NCBI GenBank assembly: GCA_028534125.1
Contig: CM052816.1
Location: 78,680,001 to 78,744,000, forward strand
Source of the DNA: Lama glama
Lineage: Eukaryota
DNA: 64,000 nt
Reading direction: 5' to 3'
Every line of letters begins with the position of its first letter. The stretch's first letter is position 1. Made by a program: the position numbers and the translations under genes. The notes under the pieces are model-generated. The model saw only the letters and a program-made list of their open reading frames with translations, had not been told where the DNA came from and made no database searches. Below, one piece after another: positions 1-11,815 of the stretch.

Positions 1-105
1 ATTGCCCTGAACTCATTGCGATACTTCCACAAATGAAAAATGTATTTCCCTTCAGGGAGAAGAAGAACAACATGCAACGGTATAATGTAAAACTAATTTT
101 TTTTC

Positions 106-111
106 TTTATT
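106..111 (-). terminator. Polyadenylation signal AATAAA (distal, probably the main site)
   Basis: Plus-strand tttatt at 106-111, with an upstream TGTA element and a downstream GU-rich element on the minus strand. Confidence 0.8.
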
Positions 112-1544
112 GAAAATACATCTACAAAGTAATGCTTCTCAGTCCACCCTGGGTGCATGTAAGATGCAGAGCCTGTGATGAGCTGGTGAGAGGATCTGCC
201 CAGAGGACCTGCTCTCCATAAGAAAGAGTTAGTATAAAAAAAAAAAGATCACACTGTAACAGAATTAATTTGACATGATTAATTTTTGCTCTACTGGTGT
301 CATAAGATGACAGCCATATACATTAACTTTTGTAGTGTATTTCCCAAATAGAGCCTTGACATTAAATGGTTACTCCATCATGGCCTAATGTTAACTTTTG
401 TACACACATAATGCTCAAGATCTATATAAAAATATCTCTAATTGTATATTGGAGGATGTATATCTAGATTTTCAGTCTGTTAGCATAATTAGGTCCATTC
501 TTCACCATGTTCAGTCAGAAACTCAAACACAGCTGGTATTGTCTTATATTCCACATCTTTGACTGGATATTCCTTAGGGGGTAAAAAAAAATGTAACCTT
601 CTCTAAACCTGGTAGCTGCCTTGCCTGAAACTAATGCCCCTGCTGTTTTGTTCCTTTTTTGTTTTTCCTTGGAACGACACTGGCATGGCCTCATACTGAT
701 TCATCTTCTACCATTTCTCTCAGGGACACAAACCAAACCAAATCAGACCCCACTCCAGCAGAAGGTTTTGAATGATTTGGTGAGTGGAGTTCCAACACAA
801 AGAAATATCTTGTTTCTCTCATTCAGAGAACTTTTGATTATAGTCAAAAACCTTTTCAAATACGAGACCACCCACCCAGCTCATAGACCTCTCTAGTAGA
901 GAGAGAGCTCATTCATTTGACTTCTCTAAAATATATAACAAGTGGCCCTATATTTTGTGTGCAGACTTTCTTAGTTTGGGGAATGACTTTGAACTAAAGA
1001 GGAAAAGTGTTTCAGGTTAAAAGAGGAAAAAAAAAACCCTCTCCTTTTAAAATACTCTTCCTTGAAGATGACTTACTGTCTTGTTGTTTTAAAATCCTCT
1101 CTTTGTAACATCAACCATGCTCCATTCTTTCCTGGCTGGCTCTTTAGTGTTCCATAGTAAGACCATGCGCACCCTTGCTAGTTGCTAGTCTTATGTTTTA
1201 TTTTCTAAGAGACTATCGTCAGTTGAGGAGTGGTGGGAGACATCCTTCCCCGAGTAGTCCCTTCAGTTTGGGAAGAGTAGGAAAGGATACTTCCCCTGTT
1301 GGGAAGAACTACGCAGATTTCAGGAACAATTCCTCTCCTGGAATGGCCTCCAGCCTGGTGACTTGCATAACTGACATCTTGGACACAGGACCTGGTCAAC
1401 CACACAGCCATCCTGCCCCTACTTAGAAATATTCATTCCCAATAAATGTCTACTCTGAAAGCCCCGCGCTCCATGGAATGATACTTGCTACAGAATGTTC
1501 TGAGGGGAAACCGGGCAGGTTCTTTTAGGGCGCCACAGGATGTT

Positions 1545-1655
1545 TGGGCTAGAAGAGACCATAAGGTTGTCTAAGGAATGTGCTCATTTTACAGATGAGA
1601 ACACTGAGGCCAAGAGATAGGCGTAACTTTCCCATGGCCACGTAGAAATTTCACT
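1545..1655 (+). mobile_element. MIR SINE fragment within the 3'UTR
   Basis: MIR core ctcattttacagatgagaacactgaggccaagaga...gtaactttcccatggccac. Confidence 0.75.
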
Positions 1656-2211
1656 TTATGTGCCTCCTCACAGCTGTGCTAGGTGTGTATTCATATTGTC
1701 AGGCTACTAAGGACACAAAACATGAGAAAGGGGGAAAAAAAACCCTTCTAATGTCCAACTGATAACCCGTTATCGATCAAGTTGTTTTGTTTTGATACTA
1801 AAACTGAATTGTATTCTCAAGGATTTTTCAATTCTGAAAGTTGATTTAAAACCAACTTTGTTTTTACCCTCCCATTTGTTTTGACTCAGTAATTTTTAAC
1901 TATCACATTTACTGGATTGTGTGCTATATAAGCATGTAAGATTTGATCAGGGCTATTTTTGATCTCAGTACCTTATCAGATAAAACTAACACGAAATGAG
2001 TTAAACATTTCAGACGTGGGATGAAAACGATACATTTTGGCCACTGCAAAATCCTCCCTTGATTTTGGACGAATACTTCCCAATTCTATCAGAGTGGGAG
2101 GAAAAGGGAGGTAAAGGGCTTACTGGAGAGAATGAGATGTCATGAGATGGAAACATTTGATAATCATTTTTCAAACACCTGGTGCGCAAGGAAGCATTTC
2201 TTTATGTTAGT

Positions 2212-2416
2212 CTACATCTTGGTCTCACTGTCGATGGGTTTCTCAATTTCGCTTTCCTGGGCAATCAGCTGATAGGGTTTCTTCATTTCATTCTCTTCTA
2301 TCACTGAGTTACCCATTTCAACATCCCGGTTCTTCAGTTCATGTCGTGACAAGTGTTCAACAATGCCGGCTCCCAGAGAGTCTCCCAGCACGTTGGTAGT
2401 GGTGCGAAGGCGGTCC
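2212..2416 (-). CDS. SLC1A3: EAAT1 coding exon 10 (205 nt incl. TAG): (L)[36 protein letters not shown]...[10 protein letters not shown]
   Basis: Acceptor ttccccag|G; stop TAG at 2214-2212; DRLRT substrate-binding motif and C-terminal class I PDZ-type ETKM. Confidence 0.98.
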
Positions 2417-2485
2417 CTGGGGAAGGGTGAGGAGCAAGGAAAAATGAGGCTCCTGTGAACATCATGTGATTTCAGCTCAGATTTT

Positions 2486-2914
2486 TTTTTTTCACAAATG
2501 AATATTTTTTTAAAATTGAAGTATAGTGAATCAATGTTATGGTAGTTTCTGGTATATAGCAAAGTGATTCAATTATACATAATACATATGTTCTTTTTCA
2601 TATTCTTTTCCATTATGGTTGATTACAGGATATTGAATGTAGTTCCCTGTGCTATACAGTAGGTCTTGTTTATCTGCTTTATATGTATACTAGTTTGTAT
2701 CTGCTAATCCCAAACTACTAATTTATCCCTCCCTCACCTCTTTTCTCCTTTGATAACCATAAGTTTGTTTTCTATGTCTATGAGTCTGTTTCTGATTTGT
2801 AAATAAGTTTGTATCATTTCTTTTAGATTCCACATGAAAGCAGTATCATATGATATTTGGTTTTCTTTGTCTTATTTATTTCACTTAGTGTGATAATCTC
2901 TAGGTGCCTCCATG
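2486..2914 (-). mobile_element. 5'-truncated L1 (cetartiodactyl-type 3'UTR) with 16-bp TSD
   Basis: Typical L1 3' end (ttgaagtatag...tacagtaggtcttgtt...tagattccacat). Flanks are tttcagctcagatttt (2470-2485) and tttcagctcatatttt (2915-2930). Confidence 0.9.
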
Positions 2915-3159
2915 TTTCAGCTCATATTTTGAACCACCTGGCTAAGTCACTGGAGGCGTCTCTTAAAATTCTGCTTGGTGTAGCCACCAATTGCATCATT
3001 ACGTAATAGACACATGATTTATAATCGTAGTTATTAAGAGTAATAAGGTCATCTAGATTATTAATTTTCAGTCACTAGTTAGTGTGCCAATGGTAGGAAT
3101 GGCTTTTCCCTTTCTCCTTTTATTTAAAATTTCTCTGGAACAACTCATCTTCCTTGTAC

Positions 3160-3686
3160 CAGAAGTTCTCAAAGCATGGTCTAGAGACCTCTGGGGGCCC
3201 CTGAGGTGAAAACAATTTTCATAATAATGCTAAGATGGTATTTGCTCGTTTCACCCTCATTTTCTCATGAACGTTGGTCTAGTGGAATTTTGAATACAAC
3301 ACAACACAAAAGATACCACAACAGATTGAATGCAGAAGCAGCTAGTCTTGTATTAAGCCAGACATTAATAGGAGATTTGCAAAAGTACAAAATGGTATCA
3401 TTCTTTTCCCTAAATTTTTGGCTTGGAAAATGGTATTTTTTTTCATAAAAATATTAAATGTTAACATGTAATGAATTTGTTATTATAACCTTTAAATGAA
3501 CTTAACATTTAAAAAATGTCTAGGTTTTTCTGACATGATAAATACTGACAGGACCCACACAGATAAAAGCTTTTGAGGTCCTCAATAATTTTTATGTGTC
3601 ATAATTTTAATAAATTGCATTTTATAAGTATAATAATTTTAATAAATGTAAAGGGATTGTAAGACTAAAATCTTTGAAGACCACAG
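3160..3686. mobile_element. hAT-Charlie-type non-autonomous DNA transposon
   Basis: Degenerate TIRs cagaagttctcaaa / tttgaagaccacag and 8-bp TSD-like flanks ccttgtac (3152-3159) / ctttatac (3687-3694). The interior resembles recalled Charlie consensus. Confidence 0.8.
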
Positions 3687-3739
3687 CTTTATACTGTAAC
3701 AGTTCTCACAGTCACCGACTGTCACCCAGACAGTGGGCT

Positions 3740-3900
3740 GAATGCTTTCCATGCATCACTGCACTTAATCCTCGCAGCACCACTGGGAGGTAAATGGCAT
3801 TATCGTCCCACTTAACGGAGGAGGAAACTCAGGTGGTTGGGTAACCTGCCCAGCGTCACACAGGGGCAGGACACAAGCCCAGATCCGAGTGACTGTGGCT
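3740..3900 (+). mobile_element. MIR SINE
   Basis: ttaatcctcgcagcacc...ggaggtaaatggcattatcgtcccacttaacggaggaggaaactcagg...gtaacctgcccagcgtcacacag. Confidence 0.75.
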
Positions 3901-4656
3901 CTCGCCCTTAGTGGATGCCCTTCCCCCCACACATCTCGCCTCGAGCTCGCTGAGCTCTGCGCGGTCATTAGCGCTAGTGAATGGAGTCCAGGTCGACTCC
4001 AGCACCTACGGGTCCTTCTGGGCTTTGACCTCGGGCATCTTGGGAAGACATGGCTCGTAAGTGGAAGGGAGAGGAAATGTCAGCTGGCAAGGTGGGTCCC
4101 AGAGGTGAAGGTCTGAGGGTACTTTTCTTGGAACTTTCCCCAGGCCAAAAATCAATTCTGTCTAATGACGCCAGCACTCTTCCCACTGTCTGCACGGCTG
4201 CCCCTCTCCCTGTTGGGCTGAGATGGGAACATCTGGGCTGTATTACGCCATCGGAATGGGAAGCATGAAGAGCAAGCCAGGGGCAGCAGGGGAGGCCCAC
4301 CGTTCCGTCCCAGCCGCCACAGGGATGTGTTGTGCAATTCAGAAATGGCTTTGCTGATTTGTGTTGACTTGGCAGACAGTGGGTTTCCCAATCCCCGAGT
4401 GGCTTTATGGAGTGAGACGTGTAGCAGCCAGATGTGCCCTGTGGGCTGATAACCGAGGAGGGTGTGCACAGCGTCGAGGGCTTAGTCTCCAGATGACCAC
4501 AAGGATCAGGCAGGGAGGACACATTAATTACAGGCCAAACTGTCCCTCTTCGTGGAGCCCTTGGGCAGGCATGCCAGGCTGCCTGGTGCCCTGGGATGCC
4601 AAGGGGATGGGGGTAGGGGGCGGGACAGCAAGCCGAACGCAGTCCCGGTGTACTCA

Positions 4657-4827
<171 letters not shown>

Positions 4828-5072
4828 TTAAATCTCCCCAGACAGAGAGCATACCCTGTGAAACATGCACAGTGGCAATGTCTGACTTGCCATAAGAGGA
4901 TGTGCCTTAGAAAAATGTAAATGAGGTTGTGAAAACCCCACTGAGCTAATAATCATATTAACTAATGATTATCAGATGCCTGTTATGTACCACCTGATAT
5001 GTTAAGCATGGCTGTCTCATTTGCTCTTTGTGACAACGCTTAGGAAGTTGGTCCTATCATTACAGCATTTTT

Positions 5073-5485
5073 ATTTATTTATTTATTTATCTATCTATCA
5101 CTTTATTGTGGTATAATTCCTACACAGTAAACTACACTTATTTCAGATATATAATTTGATGAATTTTGACAGATGTATACACCTATGAAACCACCACCAC
5201 AATCAAGATAGCTAACATTTCCATCACTCCCCAGGAGGCGCAAATTTTGAACTCCTGATTTATTCCTTCCCACTGTCCTTACCCCCAGGTAACCAGAAAT
5301 TTGTCCTCTATGTTTGTGAGTCTGTTTCTGTTTTGTAGATAAGTTCATTTATGTACTTTTTTTTTTAAGATTCGACATACAAGTGATATCATGTAGTATT
5401 TCTCTTTCTCTCTTACTTCACTTAAGATGACAGTCTCCAAGTCCATCCATGTTGCTGTAAATGACATTACTGTATTATTTTAATG
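5073..5485 (-). mobile_element. 5'-truncated L1 inserted into a MIR
   Basis: L1 3'UTR sequence with a (TTTA)n tail; TSD tcattacagcattttt (5057-5072) / tcattatagccattttt (5486-5502); MIR sequence on both sides. Confidence 0.85.
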
Positions 5486-5525
5486 TCATTATAGCCATTT
5501 TTAAATGAAGAAACTTGTGTCTATC

Positions 5526-5945
5526 TGAGACAGGCTGGGACCTGGGACCTGGGACCCTGGGTTGCAGTGCACTGGACCAAGCAACAGAATACAAAGGAAC
5601 TATAAAGGACTAAAAATAACTATGTGCATGTGCATTTGCGGCAAGTTATGAACAAGATACAAAAAGACCAAAAACCCAAGGGCCACTTCTGAGGTGTTAG
5701 GAGCAACAGCAGGGGACTGTGCATGATCCCTGCACACAGCACCACCAAAGGGGTGGGCGGCCCGACCCCTGGACTTTCCTCTCCCCTCACCCCATTTAAG
5801 GAACCAGCTCGCCCCTCCTCCGGAGCAAGCAAGGAACTCTGTTACTTGTTTCCTCTCCCTCCCAATAAAGCCTTGCCTGAATTTCTCCTCTGGCCTTTTA
5901 TTCATTTGTATTTATTAAGGAGGCCAAGAACGCTGGTCAGTAATG
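5526..5945 (+). mobile_element. Solo LTR (ERV-derived, cetartiodactyl type), antisense to SLC1A3 in intron 8
   Basis: Starts TGAGACAGGCTGGGACC; GC box (ggggtgggcgg); TATA-like ccccatttaagg; AATAAA at 5864-5869; U5-like end ggtcagtaatg; imperfect 4-bp TSD tatc/taac (right boundary uncertain by a few nt). Confidence 0.8.
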
Positions 5946-6989
5946 TAACTATTTTCTCAGGTACTTGAAAGTTCTGTAAGGTCTAAAGTACTATACCGTT
6001 ATAACAATTTGTTTCTAATAATTCCTCTATCCAAGCAGAGGATTGTAAAGATACTCAACTTAAACACTTAATGTGGTCAGAAAAAAGAAATCAAATTTAT
6101 TATTTCAAAAGCAAAATGAAATAAAAAGTCCCGTGGCACTATCAATATTTTTTATGGAGGCAGAGTGAACTTGGTTTGTAAGGCACGTAACCTGTCCAGG
6201 ATTCAGTTTGTTAAATACCTACTTGATAGGCTTATGTGAGAACGTGAAAGTGTTTTCTGAAGAGTGAAGTATTACCTAGGTATAAAGTGGTATTAAGAAA
6301 GCAGTAAGTCTGCGGAAGAGACTGTTCGTGGCCCCCCCCATGTCGTTCCCTTCCATAGCACTAGAATTCTCAGCTGGTGCACGGCTGCCCACAGTGAAGA
6401 CCGTGTCTATTACCCTGTCTCTTTTGGAGCTGAGACTAAGACCTGGCCAGTGAGACATGGGTGAAAGAGACTAGGCTACCTGGGGGTCGGGCTTCCTCTC
6501 CCACTGGCTAAAATTTGGAGGTGATGATGAGCTGTCCTGGACCACCCGGTTGAGAGTAACACCCCAGGGGTGACGGAAACTCACGCTTTGGTGCTGTACA
6601 CTGTGAAACACCTACCAGCCTGGAGGGCTTCGTGGGGCAGAGCTGCTCCACGTGAGGGAGAAGTACAGTTCCATCTTGTTGAATCACTGTTATTGTCATT
6701 ATTTTAAATTCTGTCACATGCAACTGAAACTTTTTCATAACGCAGCGCTTTTCAACCAGTATGCCAAGGTATGTCCGAGAATGGGTTACAGTGAGCTGAG
6801 ATACTGATTTCCCAGCCCCAGTGTAGCTAGGCTGAGCCCAGGGCTCCTAGACCCTCCAGGCCAGTCACTTCTAGCCATCATCAGCCTCATCTTCTTTATC
6901 CCAATGCATCCTACAACTGTCATCATTTTCCAATAACACAAAACATATATACAGAGTCTGACATAACTTATTTCTAAATAAACATACGT

Positions 6990-7415
6990 ACACACACCAA
7001 AAGAATGTGAAGGAACTGATAGAGATTTAAAAGGACTGAAGTGACTTAAAAAATAAACACAAGCTGTAAACCTGGATTTGATGTTAGTCTGGGGGAAAAA
7101 ACTATAAAAGGCGTTTTGGGGACACCTGGGGAAATCTGAATACAGACTGGATATTCTGGAAGTATTTTTAAGAATCTTACTATTGTGGTTATGTAGAACA
7201 CTATCCTCATTCTTAGGTGATGCATGCTGAACTATGTACAAATGAAATGTCATGAAGGCAGAGAAAGACGGGGTGGGGGAGAAAGGAGAAGCAAAAATGG
7301 GAAAATGTTAACAACTGTTGGATCTAGGTAAAAGATGTCTGTTGTAATATTCTTTCAACTTTCAATATATGTAAGACAATACAAGACAATTAATAATAAA
7401 AAAGTTGTGGAAAAA
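6990..7415 (+). mobile_element. Old L1 (L1MC/MD/ME-like) 3' fragment
   Basis: ggcgttttggggacacctggggaaatctgaatacagactggatat...ttgtaatattctttcaactttc...aataaaaaagtt. Confidence 0.7.
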
Positions 7416-8367
7416 AATCTATTTCAATCTCCAGCACAACTTACTACTAATAATTAAAATGCACACACACTAAAGAGCAGGGTTTGATCTAGATTGTGAG
7501 GTTTCAAGTCTCCATCACACTTACTGGTCTGTTGTGCATACTAACTTTCAGGAAGCAGAAAGAGGGGAGTATATTCGCACGTGCATATGAATGTGCATGG
7601 ACTGTCTCCAGAAGAAATTAGCAAAAGAAACTAACAAGCAACAACAATGTTTGCCTCTGGAGAAGGAAACTAAGAGGTTAGGGGAAGGTATGAGACAGAC
7701 AGCTACCTTTCACTAGACACCACAAATATAATAGTTTAAAAAATAGTCCACACAAATAAAATCCTCAACCTATTTTTTTGTGTCATCTGTTTTATACTGC
7801 CTAATAAGTGACCTAAGAGAAAATGTTAATCCAGTTTTTCAAGTGTATTTTTACGTGTCAATACTCTCAATAAGAGCTAATGAATAATAGAAGCAAAAAT
7901 TTTAATGCCTTTTATTGAGGCTTAATCTAACATTTAAAAAAAAGAGTGATAACCGTATTACGTATTCTACAGATTTTAAAAAGAAAGAGCTATAGATATA
8001 TTTGTAAATGGGACACTGATAAGTAAACCAACCAAAAGGCAAGCAGTATGGTATGATTCCATTAATTACCAAAAAAAAAAGTGTGTGTCTATCTATGCAT
8101 AGGAAAAGATCTTTGCACACCAGACATTAACAGTGGTACCTACAAAATAATGGGGAGTAATGTGGCGAGTCTCACTCTTTACTTTATACATGTCTGTATT
8201 ATTAGAAATTCATTATTAATAAGTGTGCACATCTGCACTTTTAAAAAAACAAATAAAAATCTATAAATATCAAAAGTAAAATGATTCCCCTATACCCCAA
8301 CCTCCTATTTACGTGATTCCCCTTCCCAACCAGTTTCTTCACCCAATTCCCGATCGTCGTCTCATCA

Positions 8368-8706
<339 letters not shown>

Positions 8707-9157
8707 CTAAGTTAAAGGGAACTAAGTCAGCACTAGTGTAAGTCGGGGAGCAGGGTTGGGAACAGTGGGTCCCCTCACTGGGTCATTCGGCAGCTCTCCT
8801 GCTTCTGGGTTCCTCCATGACATATCGCTTGTAATCACTCCCCCACACAACAGCCTTCACCCTCCTCTGCCATCTCTCCCTCCCCGCAAATGGCAGTGGG
8901 AGGAGGGAGGTGGGAGTGGGCAGACGAAGAGAGCTGATTTCCATCTCATCCTTTTTCTAAAAGGGTATTTGGCCACCCATTCCCTTTATCCCACCTAGAT
9001 CTGATCAGAGTCAGAAAGCCAATGCATATACCTGGCAGTTTAAACCCCCCTCCAAAAATGCCCACCCACCCCACTCACCCCACTTCTGAAAATTCTGGTT
9101 TGAAGTAAAGTTTGAGACACATTTTCTCACGGGAGTAAGCCACGGATCTCTCCGTAC

Positions 9158-9391
9158 CTGGAGGAGGTTCCTAGAGCCGTGATGAGTGCTTGCAGCAGCC
9201 CTCCGATGAACACCCAGGGGTTTTTCCGTGTTACCAAGAAGTAGAGGAGGGGCAGGACAATGACTGCGTGAATGAGTAAGCCCACGATGACTGTCACTGT
9301 GTACATGGCAAGCTGCCCCCCAATCACTCCCATGTCTTCCATCTCAACAATTTTCCCTGCAATCAGGAAGAGGATGCCCAGAGGGGCGTAC
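9158..9391 (-). CDS. SLC1A3: EAAT1 coding exon 7 (234 nt): (W)[20 protein letters not shown]...LITALGTSS(S)
   Basis: Acceptor ctacatag|GT, donor CCAG|gtacgg; lies inside ORF 9127..9438; ends in the HP1 serine-rich motif. Confidence 0.97.
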
Positions 9392-11149
9392 CTATGTAGA
9401 AGTAACACACGCACAGTTGGAAGTCTGATTTCCAACAAGCTGTTCCACAGACATTACCAAGTGATAAGAAAAGGAACTTTTCTGCCCAGGATACTATTAG
9501 GACTTGCAGAAACTCTGAACGTCTTTCCTTACTTTTTTAAAATATAAATCTAAATATAAACAGTGCATCATTAGGCTTTCCTCGCTCAGAATTTCTCTAG
9601 GTCACAATTTTGTTTTTTCTCCTAAACCATGAGAAAAGGCAGGTATGGAGGTTTTGTTACTCACCTCTTTTTTCCCAAATAACTCTCGTGTCACCATAAC
9701 TGGGTCACTTTTGTGATCCTCAGATGCCACCCACTCCCTCTGCCTCCCACTCCCCTGCTAAATACTTTAAACAGTCAGAATCCACTGAACCAATGCCCAG
9801 ACTTCTAGGAGCCTCTCCCACATCAGAGCCTGATTCCCCAGCTAGAACAAGATGCACACAATGCCATTTCAGTGTTTTAGATTTGCAGTCAGCTCTCTTA
9901 ATCAAGAACCACATTTATTATTTTTTCCCATATGACACACTACTTACAATATTACTAAGTCATATTGAAATCAACTCTTTTACTTAAGTAAAGGTCCTCT
10001 AAGAGAAAATCTTATGTTTTAGTGCAAATGAAAAACTAGTACCATTTGCCATAAGTGGAAGGCAATCAGAAAATAAATTGAGCTATTCCAGTTAACAACC
10101 TGCATGAATGTACCACCAAAATCAGGGGATAGGGGTTCTAATTAAGCAATTATTATCCACAGGCTGCTACCGCCATCTGTGACCCTCCCCCTGTAGACCC
10201 AGCAGGAACGAACAACTGAGACACGAAATGGCTTGCACGTATTGAATCAAGGCCCTGCTGCCTGGCTGTCAACTCCCTTTTGTCTGATGTGTGCAGAAAA
10301 CTACAACCAAACCCACGTTACCAAAAACAGAGGAGCCAATCACCCTTCAGGAGAAGGGTCTGCTGGGAACTGTGGAGGACTTATTTCAAATAGAAAAATA
10401 CAATGGTTCTTTGAAAAGTCCTTTAAAAACACAGGCCAGGAAATCATAAGAGTACCTGTTTTCAGAAATGTAATAACTCAATGTTGAACGTGCAGGCGAA
10501 CAGACGGCGAGAAAAGCTACATGTGTGGTTCATTCAGCTGCCTTGAATAGGCTTCTTTCATAAAAGAGGTGAGAGGTGGAGGCATTTGAATAATATGAAG
10601 ATAAATGTCCACTTTCAGCCCTGCCAGGATTTCTAAGGAGGGCCCCCAGGATTTCAACAGGGACTCCTGTGGAGATCACATTCTGTTCGCTTTTGTGCCC
10701 CCAAGTTCACATCCATCTTGTACAGACTCCTGAAAAATGGATTCCTCTAGGCTTTGGTAGCAATAAAGACAAAGGATATTTTTAATCATGTTGGTGAGTG
10801 CTTTTCTTAGGAATGGATGCCTTCCTGCCGCAGGTGCCAAGAGGGAGTCCGGATTAAAAATAAAAGATAAAGGGAAAGCAACCCCCACAGGAGGCCTAAA
10901 CCAATCACAGGGCTCTCTCCCTGCTGGGAAGAGTTTACTTTGCAAGGTCAATGTTCCTCTTTGGATTTAGTCTTTCCCTTTGTCTCCTGCTCTGAACTTG
11001 CTTTGAAAGAAGTTTTGTTGTAAGTTATGGCTTGGCCTTCGGTAATACTTCCCATGAGTCTTTCAGGCTTGCCGTAGAAGGACCATTTGCACTTCTTTCT
11101 TAGGGCCGAAATGGAGGAGAGGAGAGCTTAGTTTTTCTGATGGTCTAGG

Positions 11150-11535
11150 AGCCTCTACATTTGCATTTTCCTCTCCTAGGAATGCTCTTCCCCTAGTGCT
11201 CTGCCTGGCTGGCTTCTCCTGGTCATTCAGATATTAGCAAAAAATGTTACCCACCTCCTTAGAGGCCTTTCTGTCCAATCCAAGGCAAATTTTAAGCCTC
11301 TTCCTCAGTCACTTTTTAACATGATACCATATTACATAAAATAAAACCTGATGTTTTATTTAATCATTTTCCCTCATAGCATGGTGACTAAAGCATATGG
11401 TTGATTTCTTTGTTTGTTTAAGAATATAAAATCCAGGACGTCTTTGTCTGTTTTCCTCATTGCTACATCCATAGTGCCTGGCATTATTTACTTGGTATAT
11501 AGTAGACACTCAATAAACATGTATTGAATGAATAA
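11150..11535 (+). mobile_element. L2 LINE 3' end
   Basis: cctaggaatgctcttccc... ending in the L2 terminus tagtagacactcaataaacatgtattgaatgaat. Confidence 0.8.
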
Positions 11536-11815
11536 TTAGGTAGATAAAAATGGAGGAATGAGGAGTGGGATCTCATCAGTACTGAAGTAAAGGAGTTGAC
11601 ACTTTTCAAAAACAAGGAAGTAAATTTATTAAGAGAGGCTGGCAGATATATTCAGGGTCACTACTGACCCAGAAAGTCATTGATTCTCTTGTGCTTACCC
11701 GAATGAGATCATTGCAATTGGCCATCCTGCCTGGTGGCATCTTCCTCATACAGAACACACGTTGATGGCAATAAGCATCTTCTATATAGCATACATAGCA
11801 AATGGAAATACATAC

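Larger units (their letters stand above)
85..2211 (-). other. SLC1A3: SLC1A3 3'UTR (~2.1 kb; exact cleavage site inferred)
   Basis: Runs from the stop codon to AATAAA (106-111), which is followed by a GU/U-rich stretch (minus strand CCGTTGCATGTTGTTCTTCTTCT). Confidence 0.8.

Noticed and set aside
2206..2214. Possible stop-codon readthrough
   Set aside because: Context is TAG-ACT, not the TGA-CTAG readthrough motif.
2417..2562. In-frame N-terminal extension of the exon 10 ORF
   Set aside because: Intronic/L1-tail sequence with a non-ATG start; the real exon begins at the AG at 2417-2418.
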